In this document: positions 1 through 13,951 of the stretch, piece after piece | Layout: every line of letters begins with the position of its first letter | How positions within the stretch are numbered: the stretch's first letter is position 1 | Program-made: the position numbers and the translations under genes | Origin: Schmidtea polychroa | Lineage: Eukaryota | Direction: 5' to 3' | DNA: 64,000 nucleotides | Assembly (NCBI GenBank): GCA_044892525.1 | Contig: CM097885.1 | Location: forward strand, 235,850,001 to 235,914,000 | The notes under the pieces: model-generated | The model's input: the letters and a program-made list of their open reading frames with translations, nothing else | What the model was told of the DNA's origin: nothing | The model's database searches: none

Positions 1-262
1 CTAAATTAGATTTTTATTTTTTGTCTACAACATTCTGCAAGTAGGCTCATAGGTTGACTGCTGTTCTCGATGCAGTCGCTCGTACACTTCTTAACTCCAG
101 ATGGATCTCTATAGCTAGAGCCTTGGCGTTATGCAACTCCTATTGCAGTCATTGGACTTCATCTGTTACTAAAGTAATATATCCTGATTGAAGTTCATGA
201 ATGTATTGCGCAATTGTTAAGTATTAATCAAGTAATTTTAATAGTTATACATATATAGTTAA

Positions 263-530
263 TTATTGTGTCAATTGGTAAATTAAATTAGCAGAAAATT
301 TAACTTCGTCAACAATGAGTGCATGGGTCTTTTGTGCTATTACTTGATTAAGCTTCCCGTAGGTTGTTTTTGACAGGTAAGAAGAATTTCCTTTGAAGAA
401 TTTCCATACTTCGAAATATGACCTACTAAAGTAGATCAAACTGGCTAATAAGTTCAAGCAGCTCTACATATTTCCATTTTGCAATGATGCAAATCTTTCT
501 TCTGCTCTTCGAAAATCCAAGTCACGTTCA
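263..530 (-). pseudogene. Decayed hAT (Tip100/ZMYM1-like) transposase fragment
   Basis: Minus-strand frames give ERDLDFRR..LQNGN and GNSSYLSKTTYGKLNQVIAQKTHALIVDEVK, resembling the LAFRG..NGN..YLS..Q region of hAT transposases; frameshifts and stops present. Confidence 0.5.
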
Positions 531-1162
531 GTTAACGTACAAATAATAGCTATCACATGTGTAATAATAAAGAATTGTCATCATAAGATTTGTTAATAAA
601 ATCTTCTTCTGTGAATGATTTTTGTAGTGTGGCCTGATTTTGGAAACTTGTTCATTTTGTTTAAATTCAGCGGTAACTTCTGATACTTTTTTGGGGATTT
701 TGGAATAATTTTGGAAAATGAAGAAAAATGAAAAATCAGGACATATAAACAAATATATAATTTATTTTTTTATACCTACTTAATTTAATTTATAAGAACT
801 TTTTCAAATTTCACCACTAATTTATTTTCCATTGACATTGTATTTATTAAAAATCTTGACTATGAATCAGTAAATATATCGATGTCATTGATAATCACGA
901 ATTTTCGGCACTGCCTTTATCAAGTGATTTTTAATTTAATTTGTAGATATTTATAAATTCTACTTATATTAATAAGTTTTAAAAATAATTATAAAAATAT
1001 ATCCACCACAACACGCCTCACGATATATTTCCAGTAATCACACTTTATTTTCTATGTCAATCACATTTATGTTCGGCGTAAAAATATTTACGGCATGTTT
1101 ATATGTGTTGGAACCTTTTAAACAACCAGTTGATAATTTAGGAAAATTTTATTGGAGTAGGA

Positions 1163-2089
1163 CAGGGGTCGGGAACCATTACATTGCAAAGAGCTAAATG
1201 TTAAATTTTGATCCAGTTTAAAAAATTAAAGAGCCACATGAGAAAATATATCATGGTATATATCTCATTCAATATGCATAAAGTGTAACTTAAATAATAT
1301 AACAAACGAAAAAATAAATTGTTGTTTTATTACACAATACAGTGGCGGAACTTCAAAATTTGGGCCCCCCGCGCAATGTAAAATATTTCCACTTAAATTT
1401 TTCAGTTAAAGTTTAATACATAGTTATTCACAGCAGCCGCTATTCAATGATAGTTTTATGTTTGTAGGCAAATATAACTGCGGGAAAAAAGTTTCAGAAA
1501 ATGATTATAAATATTTTTTTAGTAATAATTTTGGGCCCCCTATAGCTGGTGGGGCCTCGCAACGCAGGGTCCTGCGTCCACTAGTTACGCCACTGACACA
1601 ATAATTAATACAATTTTGCATTTAAAAAATTCAGATATATGTGACACAAAAATAAGAAAAAGAAATTTAATGAGATTTCTGTTGTTGGATTTCCTTACAA
1701 AGTTGGATAGTATTTGGTAAATAATCAGTTGTTTTCAATTTTAAGCATAACTGGAGACTGACATCATTCAGTTTGCTTCTTAATTTGCTTTTTATATAAT
1801 TTATATTGGAAAATAATTCACGCAAATTGTTCGGATAATAGTTCACAAAAATATATTGATCCAAAAATTGAGAGAAGCCCAAATGGGAATTTCATACGCT
1901 GAAAAAAGTTGTCGTAATCAATTTGCAAGAATAGTTTTATTGTTTATTAAAACTAAAATTGAATGTGAGCATTTTTAAATGAACGTATTTCAGCAAAATA
2001 TTATCCAAGACCCACACGATGAAATTATTTGGCAAAATGTCCAAGAGCCACGTGAGGAAGCTCAAAAAGCCGCAGGTTCCTAACCCCTG
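1163..2089 (-). mobile_element. Non-autonomous hAT (Charlie/GTF2IRD2-like) element
   Basis: Imperfect TIRs CAGGGGTCGGGAACC (1163) / GGTTCCTAACCCCTG (2089); degenerate 8-bp flanks GAGTAGGA/GGGTATGG; contains a transposase C-terminus (1667-1820, ELFSNINYIKSKLRSKLND...EIQQQKSH). Confidence 0.75.
1340..1595. mobile_element. hAT (Tip100-like) MITE nested in the Charlie-like element
   Basis: TIRs CAGTGGCGGAACT / AGTTACGCCACTG; perfect 8-bp TSD ACACAATA (1332-1339, 1596-1603). Confidence 0.9.
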
Positions 2090-5000
2090 GGGTATGGTTA
2101 GTCCTACTTTTGCTCGACAACATTTTTAAGAGAGACAAATGACGAAAAAGGCCAGTACTTGAATATCTACGAAATATGTTTAGGACTCGTCTTTCCAAAT
2201 ATATCTACCTACGGATACGCCACCGTATTGTACTCTACTATCTAATATATCTTCTTAAAAAGATTGGAAACTTCTGGTTTAAATGATAAATTCGGCTATA
2301 AAAATTCCTGTGGTGCTCTTTCTTCCCTTGATACCAGAAGTCCATGCTTATTTTGCAAAGGCATAATGCGACAGAAATAGCGATACTTGCGTTTCATAAC
2401 TAATATAATCTAACATATCTGAACAACGATAAAAATAATTTTGTCCTGCCATTTTTTATGAGTTATTGATCTACTTATGATAAAAATTGTATTTCAGATC
2501 ATATAATTCACTACAATTGCAATCCACACCAGATTTGAACGCAAGTGACTCGTGACCCTTAACACTATATATTTAATCTCATATATTTTAATTACATTAT
2601 TTGAAAAAACAATATTTCTACTCAAAATCATGAACTGGTGAGATTTTATAAATATTTTTTTGCTTTTTTTGACAATTTTTCATGATTTATTACTTATTTT
2701 TTCAAATGTTTGGGTTTGTTTTTACTAGAAATATTATTAAAATATCCGAGAAAAATAAAAAATCTCGCTGGGGAAAACGTATCAAAATCTAATTAATTAA
2801 ACATGATTCTGTAATATTTGTTCATGTGTTTAAATGAACCGTCAGACTTGATCCTTGTATCAAGGATAAATCTCGATTCGACCAGTCAAAATCGAAACAT
2901 TTCTGTATTTTTCGAGTCGACAAAAATTAACCAAAATTTTGCTTGATCGCGGTGATATTTTTTTTCAGTAGCTTTTCATATCAATGTCACTGATGAAATG
3001 AATTATTTTATGAGTCAAATCGGGCTCTATTTACATTTGGTCTGGTGGTTGTTTGGTTTTTGGTCAAATTAATAAAAGTCATAAATAATTGTGAAATTTC
3101 GTTCAATTGAATACTACTGAATAAATAGTCAGCAACACTATTATTTACTATTGACTCTTGGATTCAATTGCCACTGCAATGATATTTAATGGAGAGAACG
3201 TTTTGATATTTGTTTTGTAAATTTTTTACTCAACTACTACTTTCTTTAAATTAAAATATTTAGATTGCTTACAATTCAGTTTGAATCACTATATACTGGA
3301 TCAGTTTATAAGACATTTGGACTTTTATATGTTTTGTATTCTTTTAACTTCCTCCCCTTCCCCGTTAATTTTGCCGCAAAAATGAATCTGTTAGTTATGC
3401 TTTGAAAAATATTACGACCATCAATAAATGTATCTTAATTTCTATTTTACATGGGTATTTAAAAAAAATCAGAAATTTTAAAACAATCATTATTTAAATT
3501 AAATTATGCTAAAAAGGGTTAATGAATAATATTTAAAATAAGTTGTTTAAATGTTAGTAATTTATAAACTAATTTAATTTCCACAGTAAAATTTGTCTTC
3601 TTTCTAATCCTCTGTAGGAAGCTTATAAACTCATCCTAAATTAAAACTAATTAAAAAAATTAAATTTATCAAAATAACTATTTAAATTTTGTTCAATATT
3701 AAAATCAATTAAAAGTATTTGTGGCTAATATCTGCATTAATGTCAAAATTATAAATAACACAGTTGTTTGAATATTGGGAAATGAATTGAGTGGGTTTGA
3801 ATTTTGTATTTAAATAAATTGTTATGGAAGAAATCTAAGTTTAAATTATAAATGCTGTAATATCATTAGATTTTCAGTTATTCTAACAGTTTTTATAAAA
3901 CTAATATTTATATGAAGTAGAATTAACATAATAATTTCAGGAAACTCATTTACTGACCATTCTTGTGACTTTTAAATGGGTTTCAAACCACCGTTTTTGC
4001 TTCCAAAATAGGTTTCAAAAAGATTCCGGGCCACAATGCTGTTGATTATTTAGGATATGGTTCTTGAACCTGGGTTCCTTAAAACTTTATGGTGTTTTAA
4101 TGGACATTATATGCATGAAAGAGTACATTCAATAAAGACCAATTTTTCATAAGATTTTGTTTAATTCTAAGTCAAATTGGACTCAATAAACTGTCGTTGA
4201 AAAAGCATTCCTAAAATTAGGGTTCCAGTGATCTGAAAAAGTTGACTACCCATGACATAAAATTCAAATAATCCCAAAGTTGTCTCTTGGATTATTTTTT
4301 TTTCATTTTTGTTTTAATAATTGAATTACTCTTCAAAGATAAATTTTACAAATCCAATAGTCCTTGTGAGTATTTATGTCAATGAAATTATTTTTGGCTA
4401 TTTTTTTATTTTAGATTTTAAAGTTTTGAAAATAATTTCTACAATAATATTATTCTAAATTTATTAAAATAGATTAATATAGATAAAATAGAGCTGCATA
4501 ATGTTGCAACAAACCCATTAACAAATTACAAGGTGGCCCACTTGTAACGAATTACAAATAATTTTAAAAATTGCTATTGTAAAAATCTCTACGAGGAAAT
4601 TCTTAGTAATGTATAAATAAGGAAATCAATAAACAACACACATTCATATATTTATTTATTCATTTGTGAATAATTACAATTAAATTTATTAATCATTTTA
4701 ATTAATTCATATAATATATTCTAACACCATATTTCATATAATTTATCTTCCTATTCAAAATACGTCCCAGAAAGGTGTCGGCACTTCCGTCTAAAGTGCT
4801 AAAGTTTATCACATCCTCCGATTATGACTTGCAATACCGGATCAAATTTTCAAAACCGGTATTTCGGTATTTCATTATATTAATACCGGGATCCCGGTAT
4901 TAATACCGGTATTTAAGAAAAAACAAAAAAAAGCAAAACTACACCGCAAAAAATAGAAAAAAAAAATTTATAAAGAAAATAAAATATTTAATTCAATAAC

Positions 5001-5109
5001 GAATAATTCGAAACAATAAACTTTTTTTTTAAAGTGCCACAAAAGACAAAAAAATATAAAATAAAAAAAGAGTAATAATATAATTAATAATATATAAGAA
5101 TAATAAGTC

Positions 5110-8100
5110 CTATGTCCTATTGTTGTGAATCACAACTTGTGATTTGCCTTTAAAATATGCCCTCAAAAATGTTAAACTATCAAGAGTTTTGTCGCTTAAG
5201 CTGGATCGAATTTTTGTGCACAACAGCCCTGCTGCTGAAAAGGCTCTTTCGGACTCGACGCTAGTTGGTGGTATGGACATAAGGCAGTCATATACTAGTT
5301 GAAGATACAGGTAACCCTCGATTAACACGGTACTTGAATAACACGATTTCGCTTTAACACGGTTAAAATATCGCGGCACACCCTTGTCTAACACGATATT
5401 TTTTAGCACGGTTTTGATTTTACACGGCTTCAAAATTGATGAAAACCCTTAATTAACACGGTTTCAAAATTCAAATTTTTACAATCTTAGTTGACTTGTT
5501 GGTGTTATATCAACATTTAATGCATACTACATCAGGCGAACGTTTAAAAAATTTTTAGATGAAATGGACTCAGATTCTAGCTTAACCGTCAGTCAAGTAT
5601 GAAAGAACTTTACAATTTTGGACTGTGTAAAATTAGTTGCTTTGGCTGTAGAGGAATTACAACCTTCCACATTAAACGGTAGCTTGAAACCTATATGGCC
5701 TGAAGTGGTTCTACTTAATAATAGAATTCAACCAGTGGTGGATAAATATCGTGCTATTGTCGATTTCGCTCATTCCTTAGGCGGAGAAGGATTTGAAGAT
5801 TTGGCCATTCGGGATGTGGAAGAATTGCTAGCCGAACCAAATTTGGGAGAAGAGGAGTTAGTGGCGATGGTCAACGAAACTTATACGGATTTACCAAGCT
5901 CAGACACTGATACTGAGAGTGATGCCGCAGATCAAAACTTTACACTCAAATTATTAAGAGAAAGATTTGAGATGGCTAAAAATTTAGAAAACCATTTCCT
6001 TGACAATGATCCGCCAATGGACCGTAGTCTGAAAATTCAACGCGACATAGAAAAATGCTTAGCTCCTTACCGAGAAGTCGAGAAAGAACTTAAAAAACAA
6101 ATCAAAAACAGGCTCTTCTCACTGATTTTATAACCATAACCCAGAAATCAGAAGCGACTAATGAAGTGTCAGAAAATTATTCAAGTGATGAAGAAGCACC
6201 AGTAAAAATGAATCAGCCACACATTACATATTTTTTCAGAGATTTTGAGAGTGATGATGAAGTTGAAAGTGATTATGATGGAATTTGTTAACCTTATCTA
6301 TGGCCAATTTAAATTATGCCATATTTTTATTTTGATATTTATGCAAAATGAATTTATTTTACTATTCTTTGTTAAATTTTGATTTCAAGTCTACTTGTAT
6401 TTCAATCTTTTTTTTGTACTGGATGCATGAAAATAATAAAAACTATCAAAAACATAAATCATTTTTTAAATTTTTTGGAACCAAACCCCATGAATTGTAT
6501 TAATTGTTAGTCTCGATTAACACGATTTTGATTAGCACGGAGTATTCTTGGAACCAAACTACTGTGTTAATCGAGGGTTACCTGTATTTTCCTCTAATAT
6601 GTTCTACTTTGAAGTATGCTAGTTCCTGTTTTATAACTTTATAAAGTACTTTAGAATTCATCGTTTTTGAAATTCCACTTGCAGTCTTCATCACATTAAC
6701 TTTCTTGGAAATTGCCATTTCTAGTTTTTCTTTCATTGTCATCGAACTTAGAATTTCTGGCTCAGAATCAGCAGATAACTCAGAAACGTCGATGGAAGAG
6801 GCTCCTATGTTTTCAATATCGATGACATCGATAGTATATAAGCGTTCCAATAAATTTATAATTATTTTTATAATTGTTGCGTTGTTAATTCGATTAAAAA
6901 TTTCATTTTGGTCGTCATCTGCTGATTCAGTAGGATTGTGCAGGTATTGTAGTAGACTCGATAAATCAGTACGCCTTTGTTTTATACGAATAATTAGCTC
7001 TTCTTTGAATTCATTACTTAAAGCAGTATTCTGTTCTGTCAATTGATTAAACATAAATAGTAAAGCTGCATCTGCGCTAAGAAGAGTAGCATCTTGACGA
7101 CAACAAGCTTCAACAGTTAATTTGATTGGAAGAAGAACTGAAATAACTGAAAATGCTAAAGAAAAATCAATTTCCGAAAATGATATTTCGGCATTTAAAT
7201 TTATATCAATCAAAGCTTTTGTATGCAGTTCTTTAACTGGACAAAGCGTTCTAGCATGGCAAGTAAGCTATTCCAACGTGTTTTAGAATCTAGAATTAAA
7301 TTCAGTTCCTTTCCAAATTGTTCTTTAACATGTTTCTGTAAAGCTTTATCATTTTTCATTGGCGAACGTCTGAATAGCTTCTCAACCTTTCTTATTTTTT
7401 TAATCAATGGACCTATCTGTTCATGAATAATTAAACAGTCAATTGCATTGTTTTCTTGAAGTATGGATAAACTATTATCATCAAGATCACTATCATTTTC
7501 ATCACTTGTATACTGGTTATCATCTTCGTTACAATTAGAATGTTCATTTTCTAAATTTTGGTGTATCATATTTATATATAAAACCTTAATGACAGCCAAT
7601 TGAATTCCGTGAACTAAGCAAAGTTGTTTCCTTGCACAAATCAACTTTCCAACTTTGGTCATGACAGATGCACCATCGGTTGTAATGCACACAATGTGTT
7701 TATTTAAAGAAACTTGGAATAATTTAAGCCTGTCTTCAACGAGGGCAACACACTTTTCTGCAGGCAATGATCCTTGCACGCGAACTAATCCTAGGTTCCA
7801 GAATTTCTTGATGCCAGCATGAACATTTATATTTAAATAACGTCGGTTTTTTACCGATGTCCATTCATCAAATGTAAGACTAAATCGTTGTCCTGAAAGA
7901 ATTTGAGATTCTAACTCTTTAATCATATTTGCACGAATTTTTTCACTGTACTGCACAACTAAATTTTTTATAGATTTTGGTATATTTTCATACCCTCTGG
8001 CAGTTAAACCTTTTCTGATATCCACGGAAGTGCAAAATATGTTAAACGACAAACCGTCACATGCCGTCATACGAGCTAAAACTACAGACAAAGAATTGTC

Positions 8101-8397
8101 CGTTTCCGAAACGAAAAATGTTGTTATTTTCCCGCTAGAAACTTTGTTCACTTTAGAAGTTGATGGTTCTGGCTCAATTTCAATCAGGAGGTTGGAGCTC
8201 GGAGCATTCCTTTTTTTTAAATTAATTTGGTGGAGTGTCTTTAGGTGGGTATGCAAACCACTTGTACTACCTCCTTGCGTCTTTATTACTTTGTTACACT
8301 TCTTACATTTTGAAATTTGTCCCTTTTTCTCACGAAGAAAATAGAACCATACGGAATTTTCATCAGCTGATTTTTCCTCAAAAAGACAGTTTTCCAT
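5110..8397 (-). pseudogene. hAT transposase (BED zinc finger, DDE core, C-terminal dimerisation domain), disrupted
   Basis: VWFYF..CKKC..STSGLHTHLKTLH (BED), LTFDEWTS, TTDGASVM, CLVH, TRWNS, IPPTSVESERAFS. One 1-nt frameshift near 7215 (CIQK-ALIDIN) and a pogo insertion at 5308-6584 whose removal restores ...IRGKYLQLVYDCL. Confidence 0.95.
5308..6584 (+). mobile_element. pogo/Tigger-like (Tc1/mariner superfamily) internally deleted element
   Basis: 21-bp TIRs CAGGTAACCCTCGATTAACAC / GTGTTAATCGAGGGTTACCTG; TA TSD (5306-5307, 6585-6586); transposase C-terminal remnant GVISTFNAYYIRRTF...FTILDCVKLVALAVEELQPSTLNGSLKPIWP (about 5501-6133). Confidence 0.93.
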
Positions 8398-10265
8398 GGC
8401 TAAAAAAACAGCGTTTTAACTTAAAGTAAATTACAGAATTTTTTGAATATTTGTACCCACTTATTAAAACGGCAGAAATCTTGCTATTCTTTATTATTCT
8501 TTATTATTTTTAATTTTTAAAAAACCCGCAGCAGTGCGCTATGATAGCGCCGCTATCTATATAAATATATAGAAAATAAAAATTTTACTTATACAATAAT
8601 TAATTTTCACACTTTTAACTTACCTTTACCTATCTGCTATTTATCAATTGAATTAATGATTATTAATTATAATTATGATTTTAAATTTCAAAATTAGATT
8701 TAATCTTTAAACATGACAACACCTAAACATATGCTAATTACTTAATAAAAAATAAAATAGTTAAATAAAAATGATATGAATGTTAACTTACAGCAAAAAA
8801 ATTTAATACCGGATACCGGTATTAAGTGGTCATTAATACCGGTATTGAACGGTATTAAAAATGTCGGTAATACCGGGATCCCGGTATTGCAAGCCCTACC
8901 TCCGATTATAGTAGATAATAATATGATAAATTTTCAATATATTTTTTAAGTTGTATGCAAAAGGAATTTGTAAAAATATTCTTGATCATGTGTATGGAAA
9001 TTTTAAAATATATTTTGTTAATATTTTGAAATTTGTAATTATGTCTCCTTGAAAAAGTGCATAAAGTCAACAAACCCGTTCTATTTGTCTTTATTGGGAT
9101 TTTATGGACAAAATTGTAACTTTTTCCACAGGATGAAACAGTTAAATCTGACAGCCAAAGATAATTACGAAAGAGATTGAGTGTTGCCGTTTGATAATTA
9201 ATATTTCAAGATTGTTAATATAAACACTCGTATAAAATATAATCTGGAAACAATTAATAACCGTTGAAAGATGGGCATGATGCCAGTAATTAGTTATTAT
9301 GATTTAGAAAATTGTTAAATCATTATTTTCGGAAAAAATCCACTCGGTAAATCAATTTAGTCATGTCAATAATGCTGTGTATTTATGTTAATATCCCGGC
9401 CCAGTATCGCCCCTAAAATGCCGTTCCCAGCCCAATTAATCTGAGATCATAAACACCTCCTCCGTCAGTCATCGTGTCATCATTAACAACTTAGACCAAG
9501 ATTTTTTTCTTTCTTTTATTTTCCAAGAATTTTCTACTGCACACATCCCATCAGGATTTTGCCACCATTTTGTTACTAATTATTGAATCAAATCAAGCAC
9601 ACCAAGGGCAAAATCCGGATTTGGCGTGGCCCACAGCAGTCTACTATGCCTCTGGTGAGACTTGTAGACTTTTACTCGGTTGTTATTTTAGTTGGATTTG
9701 AGGTATTATATGCTACCCGGATATTGGGATTTCATGCGTACTGCTGGATTTGAAATGAGAGAAAAAACAAATTAATTTCAATCTCCTTACAGAGAAATTA
9801 TTAGACAACTTACAAATCAACTGAAAATTCATGGATTCTGTAGTGATCTAGATGAGAGTGGTTCATTACATTTTGAAGATATTCATTAAAATAACTTATT
9901 AAATATTTTTTTGAAAAATATTCGGCATGTTTTTATATGAAAAATTAAATTATTTGTTTTAATTGACCGTTAATTGATTGTTAATCAGTAAGATTAAAAA
10001 TATTAATGATAACAATAATAATAATTTAAAATAACCTGTCGATAGCGGTGGAATCATTTACAAAAATACAATTCATATATATATAACTATTTAAGTTGTA
10101 AGCCGCAATGTCTATTCCTAAAATTAAATATTTCGATTTAAAATCGAGCCTGATTAGAAAAATTAACAAGTCCTTCGATCACTGCTTTTTTTCGTATTTA
10201 CTCGTTTTTTTCACAATATATAATTTTTAAAACACCACAAATGCAAACAAATTAAATCAATAATG

Positions 10266-10372
<107 letters not shown>

Positions 10373-13300
10373 TTTAGAAGATTTTGGAAATATAGCAGTT
10401 TATTTAATTACAACAGAATATTCTGATTCGTGTAGGAAACAAATTTAAACAAATATATATCTATATATTACTTAACATGATTTTTGATATTTATATAATC
10501 ATTATTTATATAATCATATTTATATAATCAATACAATTTAATACATATTTTCAGCTATACAATTTTTTAATTATATTATTTTATGGTCTCCTTGCAAACG
10601 GTGGTGTAATTAGTAAATAATATTATTGTAATTGCGCTATGTATAGTGCAGTGACCTAGACAATGTGGAACACATGCAAAAATTGTTGAAAATATTTTTA
10701 CTGTAAAGATGTTCAAAAGTTTTTTAGAGAAATAAACTTTCTATTGAATTATAAGTCTCAAAATGCTCCATAAATAAATTATTGAAAAATTATTATTTTA
10801 TATAAAAATCTCGGTAGGAAAAATTATGAAAAGAGAGCGCCAAAAAATTAAACGGAAGAAATAAATACATCACACTAATGAAACGAAAGTGATGTTGAAT
10901 TTCATAAATAAAATATTCAAATTGTTTTTTCATAAACTATTTCTTCTTAAATTATTTTTTTAAATAAATTTCTAGTGAGCTCTTATAAGATTGTGACCCT
11001 AAGATTGTGGTAGCCTTGATGGTAAGATGATCCTAGTCGACGTTGGGAAACTTGTGTTGATAAAAATTTTATGTCAAACAAACAATATTTATAAAAACAA
11101 AAATTATGCAATATTCTTAATTAATAAAAATTAAAGCCGAATTTTATAAGATTGTCTCAGTTAAAAATATCCATCCGTTTCTCATCCTAATATCAAACCT
11201 CAAAAATAAAATTGTAGGAAAATTCACTGTCAAATCCTGGGCTTTGAAAGTCGAATTCATTCCGATAAATGTTATCATTACCAATGAAACAGTTTAAGCA
11301 AATAAAAATTGATGCATGGCCATTTTACAAGTTCTTAAACCTATTGTTGAAGACTTAAAAGAAAAATAATGAAATGCTAAGAATTCATATCAGAAGTTCA
11401 AAAATTGTAAAAAGCTATTTTAATAATCTTTTGAATAAAAACTTCAAACCCTCGGATTTATGATTTTTGAAGATTCTCTAATCCTTTCATCTTTACTTCC
11501 ATTTGTTAAAGAACTCAAAGAAAATTCAGCTTGCAGTATTGTCTACTAGTAATCAAAGGCAAACGCTTTGAATGAACATATCACTTCAAGTTACTTTTAT
11601 GTCTTCAAACTCATTGTTAAAAATTTCTAATGAGAAAACACGTCCTACTTCCTTGAAGAAAAAGGATAAAAATACTCATTTTACGGCTAACCTCCGTTAA
11701 CTTTTTTCCATAAAGGGTTACTCTATTATATTACATATATAAGTTTTCTTTTGATTCACTTACTAAATGTTCAAAAATAAATTTACTTTATTTATAGTTT
11801 TTTGTATTTTTAAACTTCATTGTTGATTGGCAAGTGTTTCGGTACTTTTTGTTATACGCCACGAAAACTGTTCTTTGTACAAAACAAATTTCCGACTACC
11901 ATGAATAAAGAACATTTGAATTCTTTATGAATATTGTCATTCAAAAATTTTGCGACAAGACTTCATATATAAATATTTTACAAATAATAAAAACATATAT
12001 TTACCGCTAAATTCTGGCATCGACTAATATAAATTTTTATCAAAATTCCATTCTTTTTCGTTGATTTAAACACTTATAACTCATGTGCAATGCACAAATT
12101 GTGAATTGAATGCAGTATTTGAAGTCGGAAAAATGAAAAAGAAAAAAAGAAAAGAAAATTGTACATTTCGTCAGTTTCCTAAAATAATATGGAGAAGTCT
12201 GAAATTCCTTGAAAAAAAAGAAAACGAAAATAACATTAGACTGTTTCTAAATGCCAGCAAGTGACAGTCTATAAAAGACAGAAACACAAATTGAATCAGA
12301 CATAAGAAAAACAGGAGAAATATACAGAAATGGTAAAACAATAAATTTGGAATTTATCATCATCTGAAGGAATGGCAATTGGAAACATTATCACTGAGAG
12401 TCAGTTAGCGATCATTGAATTGGCCTAATACTCTCGAGTTTTGAGTTTTGAGTGGTGAATATTTTGTGTAATTGTTTCAGCAGAAATCAAATTTATTGTA
12501 ATCGTAATAGATAATAACTATTAGTAATATCGAGAACCTGCTATACACTTGAAGTCAGATCAATAATTGAAAATTTCACTTTTCACCAACTCAAACAATA
12601 ATAATACCAATGAAATCAAAAGTGACAAGTACCCCTCTTTCTAAAATATTTAAAGGAACCAAATAGGTAACTAAATATATTTTGTAATTTTTTTCGCGAT
12701 TATTGGATATTGCGTTTTTTTTAATATTTCAAAAAGCTATTTAATGATTTGGGTATAATGATCTATTCGTAATCTTTCGTGTTCATTGAGACATGAATTG
12801 CTAACTGCATTTTTTCTTTCATCGACATCAAAGAATTTGATATTCCTACTGCTGATTAATTTGGAGTTTTAACAGAATTCTCTTTTAAATCTATTTTATA
12901 CTTCCTCAATATTTTCAGAATTTCAAAAAATTAACCAAAAAAATACAATTGTTAAATATTACTCAATTTCTATTTAAATTTTGTACTATATAATTAATTC
13001 TAAGTCTTAGTTTTTGCAAAAAATTTTAAGTAAAAATAATTAATTTTTTTAAAAGTATTTTTATCAAAAAAATTTTTAAAAATATAAATTTTAAAACAAA
13101 AAGTGATAATAAAAGTTCATGAAATGATTACTGAAACTTTTAGTTATATTTCCTGAAGTTAACTTAATTTTTCTATTGATTAAAACAAAAATATTGATAA
13201 TAAATTTTCTAATTAAATATTAAATCATCGGACTTATGACAACCGTTTTAATTAACAAGAAAAACTTTTCACCGATCAATTCAGAATTACAAACACATGG

Positions 13301-13951
13301 ATAAAATCTTCTGTAAATAAAGAAAATAAAAGCCAATTTGTTTGTATCACTATATTTTATCATTTTATCTAAAAATTCCGTAGGTTATCGTTACAATTTC
13401 ATCTTTTCTCTGATCTCACTCTGTCACACGATGTCATTTAAAATAAAGATAAAATAAATAATCGTCCATTAAAATGCCATCAAATACACAATTGATTTAA
13501 TTACCAACTACTCATAAATTATCTTATCAACAAATAGCACAAATTTGAATTATTGGTTACTACTTATCTTGTGATAAGATTTTTAACAAATATTACATAG
13601 CAGTGAAAAAATTTTCATTGAAACAAATCAAAAACAAATATTATTTAAAAGGAAAATAGTTTTAATGAGAATATTGGATGATTATTTGTCAGCAAAAATA
13701 ATCGAATTGTTTCCCTTTTAATCATCGATGTCATAAAGACCTGGCTATCTGGCAACTGTATGTTCAACCAATCGAATCGGTGATACTATGCGTACGCATT
13801 TTAGTTGATTTTAATTGGCTGCTAGTAAGTCAATTTAAGACTAGTAAGTGGAGATAGAAAAATTGATTTTACAAATTGATAGATAAATTTAAGTAAGAAT
13901 TTTGAAAATGTTTTTTTAAATATTTTTGACTAATTTTAAATTTTTTTAGCC

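Larger units (their letters stand above)
4823..8898 (-). mobile_element. Full-length hAT (Ac-like) DNA transposon
   Basis: TIRs TATGACTTGCAATACCGG / CCGGTATTGCAAGCCCTA; perfect 8-bp TSD CCTCCGAT (4815-4822, 8899-8906); clustered subterminal ATACCGG/CCGGTAT repeats at both ends. Confidence 0.95.

Noticed and set aside
6705..8429. Plus-strand ORFs overlapping the hAT transposase (and similar shadows over the Gypsy, PSMA6 and RING regions)
   Set aside because: They are antisense shadows of real coding frames.
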